DNA from: a virus
Lineage: Duplodnaviria; Caudoviricetes
Strand: one strand, 5' to 3'
DNA: 39,216 nt
Virus record (IMG/VR): IMGVR_UViG_3300032212_000062
Location: 1-39,216 of that record
Positions 36,498-39,216 of the stretch are shown one piece after another. The stretch's first letter is position 1; every line of letters begins with the position of its first letter. Made by a program: the position numbers and the translations under genes. Under the pieces are notes generated by a model, which saw only the letters and a list, made by a program, of their open reading frames with translations, was not told the DNA's origin and did not search any database.

Positions 36498-36604
36498 AAA
36501 CTATTAAAAAAGTTGTTAAAAATAAGCGTACATTAATTGTACACAACCAAAATGCCGTCAATGCTATAGTTAAGCGTGGCCAAATAATCAAGAAGGCGAG
36601 GTAG
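36494..36604 (+). CDS. 36-aa basic peptide (not in the ORF track)
   Basis: MKTIKKVVKNKRTLIVHNQNAVNAIVKRGQIIKKAR*. ATGA overlap upstream; ends 2 nt before the next ATG. Confidence 0.55.
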   Translation: MKTIKKVVKNKRTLIVHNQNAVNAIVKRGQIIKKAR

Positions 36605-36606
36605 TT

Positions 36607-37146
36607 ATGTCAACGAAACCAATAATTGTAGGTAGTGGATTAGTTGCAGATAGAGATGCTCTTGATGCAAAAGATTTGCCAATTCATGGATTATTTGTCT
36701 ATACTAATGGTGATGTAGACCAATGGTCAGGCACTCAATGGGTAAGTATAAGCACTAACGGTGCAAAGCATGCAAGACCAATTCCCGGCACAGGTGAAAC
36801 AACCAAAGATCGTTACAACAACCCAGATGCTATATATGCAGAATCTACAAACTCATGTACATGGACGGCAAAGGAAAATGTAACTGAGATTTATATCACT
36901 ATATTTGGGGATGCCGCTACAACAACAGATAGTCACGGATGGGTGGTGTTTGATGCTATTGATTCAGCGGCTGCTGTGACTTTACTTGGCGCTACTGTAG
37001 GTCCTGCTGTAGGTCCTGCTGTAGACGTTCAGAAGAAGCCTCTTAAGTATGGAGAGCGAAATGGCCCGTTTAATGGTGTTGATTATTTTACTAGATTAGA
37101 TGTTGGTTTAACAGGTGATGCTGTGATGTTTGTGGAGGCGCAATAA
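36607..37146 (+). CDS. Putative virion accessory protein (179 aa)
   Basis: GAGG RBS; beta-rich; W.G..W motif; in the late operon. Confidence 0.6.
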   Translation: MSTKPIIVGSGLVADRDALDAKDLPIHGLFVYTNGDVDQWSGTQWVSISTNGAKHARPIPGTGETTKDRYNNPDAIYAESTNSCTWTAKENVTEIYITIFGDAATTTDSHGWVVFDAIDSAAAVTLLGATVGPAVGPAVDVQKKPLKYGERNGPFNGVDYFTRLDVGLTGDAVMFVEAQ

Positions 37147-37859
37147 TGTTATTAGAAACCCCTTTAATGTATTCACGTAAATTTATACCTGAAGCTTATC
37201 AAAATAAAATCTATTCAGGAACAATTACAGGTAAAGGTTCAGCAGCAACATTACAAGATGATTTTCTTGCTAATGTTTGGACACCTGATAACACTCTTGT
37301 TCATAATGTAGATAAAACTTTTGATTGTGATGATGCTGGTATTATACCTTTAGATTCAGGGGAATTTCCTTTAATTGCTGGTGATACTGATTTAGTATGT
37401 GTAAGTGTATTTAAAGTTAAAGAAATTAGTGGTTCTACTTTATTTTTAACAGGTTCACCCGGCACTACTGGTTTTAATAATCGTTATTCAATAGATTATA
37501 CTACTGGTCTTGCAGGTATTGTAAAAGATGGAGTAACACAACTTTCAGCTGTACAAAGCCGTATTGATGATTCAAATGATCCTGAAGTAGGTGATACTGT
37601 AGTATCTGTTCTTGCATGGGATCGTAGTGTAGGTATTTATGGTTACTTTTATAGTATTTCAAAAGAAGTAGAAATAGATGATACTAGTCAAGGCGGGGTT
37701 GCTAATGCTGCATTTACCCCTACTAGTCAAACTAGAATATCACTTGCTGATAATATCTATTGTTCATTAACCTTTGCTTTTCCTAGTAATGGCTTGCCTT
37801 CAACATGGCGTGAAGATATGGTAGAACTAGCAAATAATGTAGTTAACTTGAAGGGCTAA
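37146..37859 (+). CDS. Putative virion accessory protein, possibly LamG/ConA-like
   Basis: GGAGG RBS; beta-rich; N- and C-terminal similarity to 37863-38921. Confidence 0.55.
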   Translation: MLLETPLMYSRKFIPEAYQNKIYSGTITGKGSAATLQDDFLANVWTPDNTLVHNVDKTFDCDDAGIIPLDSGEFPLIAGDTDLVCVSVFKVKEISGSTLFLTGSPGTTGFNNRYSIDYTTGLAGIVKDGVTQLSAVQSRIDDSNDPEVGDTVVSVLAWDRSVGIYGYFYSISKEVEIDDTSQGGVANAAFTPTSQTRISLADNIYCSLTFAFPSNGLPSTWREDMVELANNVVNLKG

Positions 37860-37862
37860 AGA

Positions 37863-38921
37863 GTGTTAATAAACACCCACCTAATGCAAGCGCGTAACAA
37901 ACTACCTGATGTAAATGATGTACCAACATTACAACATTTTTTTCCTTGCTTGGATCAATCACAGTTAATTGATACTAAAGGTGGGATTGTTTACACTCCA
38001 CAAAATGCATCATACAACACATCTAACAATACTTTTATAGGTGCTGATGATACTGATGAAGCTAGGAAATTAGATGCTGGTTCTGTTTTTGATTTTGGAA
38101 CGGATTCATTTGGTGTTGTTATGGTTGCAGATATTAAAACTATTAATGCATTAAGAGCTTCAGCTATTTTATTGGGAGGTAGAGCAGAACAGGGTTCACT
38201 TGAATCTTCTATATTTTTAGGTGGATCTACATTTAATCCTTTGTTAGCAAGTGGCTTTAATGATATTAATGAAACCCACTATACAGCAAGGCATCTAAAT
38301 ACTGTTTCAGAAGATGATACTTATATTTTTCAATTAACATGTGATCGTGAAGCAGGGGTAATTAAAAGTAAAGTATTTAATATTACTACTAATCGTTTTG
38401 ATACTTATTCTGAAATAAGTATTTTACCTATGACTGATGCAACATTTAATAGTGGAGGTTTGAACCCCACACAAATTATTACCTCAAGTACAGATTTAAG
38501 TGGTTTTATAGTTGGTGCTAATTTATGTACCCGGCAATACATAGGAAGTGAAGCTAACCTTAATACAAATTTAACTGTAGCAACATCAGCACTAAATGCA
38601 TTAACTGTAGATGCTGCAAGTTTTACTACAGCTAGTGGGGGTGAAGCAGCTTTACAGGATGGCGTTACTTCTTTGCGTAAATACCCTGATTACCCAAATA
38701 TAGGAAATCAAGTAGATGGTTCACCCGTACCTGTGGATAGTGCAGCTTCAGTAACACCAGAATCATTTATGAAAATGTCTAATATGGCTTTGTATGGTGC
38801 AGCATATTATTCTTTTAAAAATGGTATTCCTAGTGATTGGGATTTTGGTAGTAACTGGCAAGCATGGGCATGGGTTCAGGGCTACCGTGTACCTTATCCT
38901 GCTGCCGTAGAATGGAGATAA
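37863..38921 (+). CDS. Putative virion accessory protein, possibly LamG/ConA-like
   Basis: GTG start; L.HFFP....S.L.D..GG and FDFGT.SF motifs resemble LamG-like domains; paralogue of the upstream gene. Confidence 0.55.
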   Translation: MLINTHLMQARNKLPDVNDVPTLQHFFPCLDQSQLIDTKGGIVYTPQNASYNTSNNTFIGADDTDEARKLDAGSVFDFGTDSFGVVMVADIKTINALRASAILLGGRAEQGSLESSIFLGGSTFNPLLASGFNDINETHYTARHLNTVSEDDTYIFQLTCDREAGVIKSKVFNITTNRFDTYSEISILPMTDATFNSGGLNPTQIITSSTDLSGFIVGANLCTRQYIGSEANLNTNLTVATSALNALTVDAASFTTASGGEAALQDGVTSLRKYPDYPNIGNQVDGSPVPVDSAASVTPESFMKMSNMALYGAAYYSFKNGIPSDWDFGSNWQAWAWVQGYRVPYPAAVEWR

Positions 38922-38923
38922 GT

Positions 38924-39216
38924 ATGAGCTATCTAACAACAATCAAAGACTACCTACTATCGGTGCTAATGCTAACGCCAGATACGCCACTAATTTTAGT
39001 GCCGGTATTGGGCTTAATCATTCTATTCATCTACTTTTCAATTGTGATAACCATACGTGACACGCTACTTAGGATATTTGGTAAAGATCATATAATAACT
39101 AAAGCAGTTGTTTACCTGATTGGTGGCCGGTTCTTATATCAAGATGTAGTAGCGAATTATATATGCTTTGCACCTCTAATATTAAGCTGGCCTAATAGCT
39201 ACGGTGAAGGCCGCAC
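38924..39216 (+). CDS. 5' part of the junction-spanning 155-aa membrane protein
   Basis: GGAG RBS; MSYLTTIKDYLLSVLMLTPDTPLILVPVLGLIILFIYFSIVITIRD...; open to the window end and continuing to 302. Confidence 0.8.
   Translation, partial: MSYLTTIKDYLLSVLMLTPDTPLILVPVLGLIILFIYFSIVITIRDTLLRIFGKDHIITKAVVYLIGGRFLYQDVVANYICFAPLILSWPNSYGEGR
39090..39216. repeat. Exact terminal direct repeat (copy 2)
   Basis: Identical to 1-127. Confidence 0.9.

Noticed and set aside
36995-37024. 12-bp tandem repeat CTGTAGGTCCTG (2.5 copies), and the WDSDT repeat at about 4324-4375
   Set aside because: Short in-frame duplications within structural proteins with no sign of phase variation.
39090-39216. 127-bp terminal repeat as a biological direct terminal repeat
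   Set aside because: It lies inside an ORF that reads through the join and its length equals a common assembly k-mer, so it is most simply an assembly overlap.
1-39216. Stop-codon reassignment or tRNA genes
   Set aside because: All core genes are intact in the standard code, TAA, TAG and TGA are all used as stops, and no cloverleaf with a T-loop motif was seen in intergenic regions.

Overview
The window is an apparently complete, AT-rich, lytic tailed-phage genome of 39,089 bp. Bases 1-127 are repeated at 39090-39216, which I read as a circular-assembly overlap because a reading frame runs through the join. The + strand block (28.9 kb, round the junction, to 9.8 kb) is a short-tailed P22/SU10-type virion module: TerS, TerL, portal, scaffold, major capsid, accessory proteins, lysis genes with a peptidase M15 endolysin, adaptor, tail fibre, nozzle and three ejection proteins. 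The - strand block (24.7 to 9.8 kb) holds small early ORFs, a Sak4/SSB/Cas4-like/RadD-like recombination module, and a tightly coupled operon: FAD flavoprotein, atypical ThyX, HAD phosphatase, SAM methyltransferase, dNTP diphosphohydrolase, DnaQ exonuclease, DnaE (family C polymerase) and ATP-dependent ligase. A primase-helicase and RusA are on the + strand. I found no integrase, repressor, tRNA or CRISPR array. The strongest signals are: (1) a strongly over-represented, strand-biased AGCGG(A) motif recurring at about 0.9-1 kb spacing regardless of gene orientation, with a related ACCGGC motif; (2) a candidate uncharacterised DNA base-modification pathway built round a ThyX lacking its conserved histidines; (3) a paralogous pair of unknown proteins, each with its own promoter; (4) integron-cassette (attC)-like ends around a small early gene. 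Product calls come from motif recognition by eye and motif counts are manual; no database search was run.
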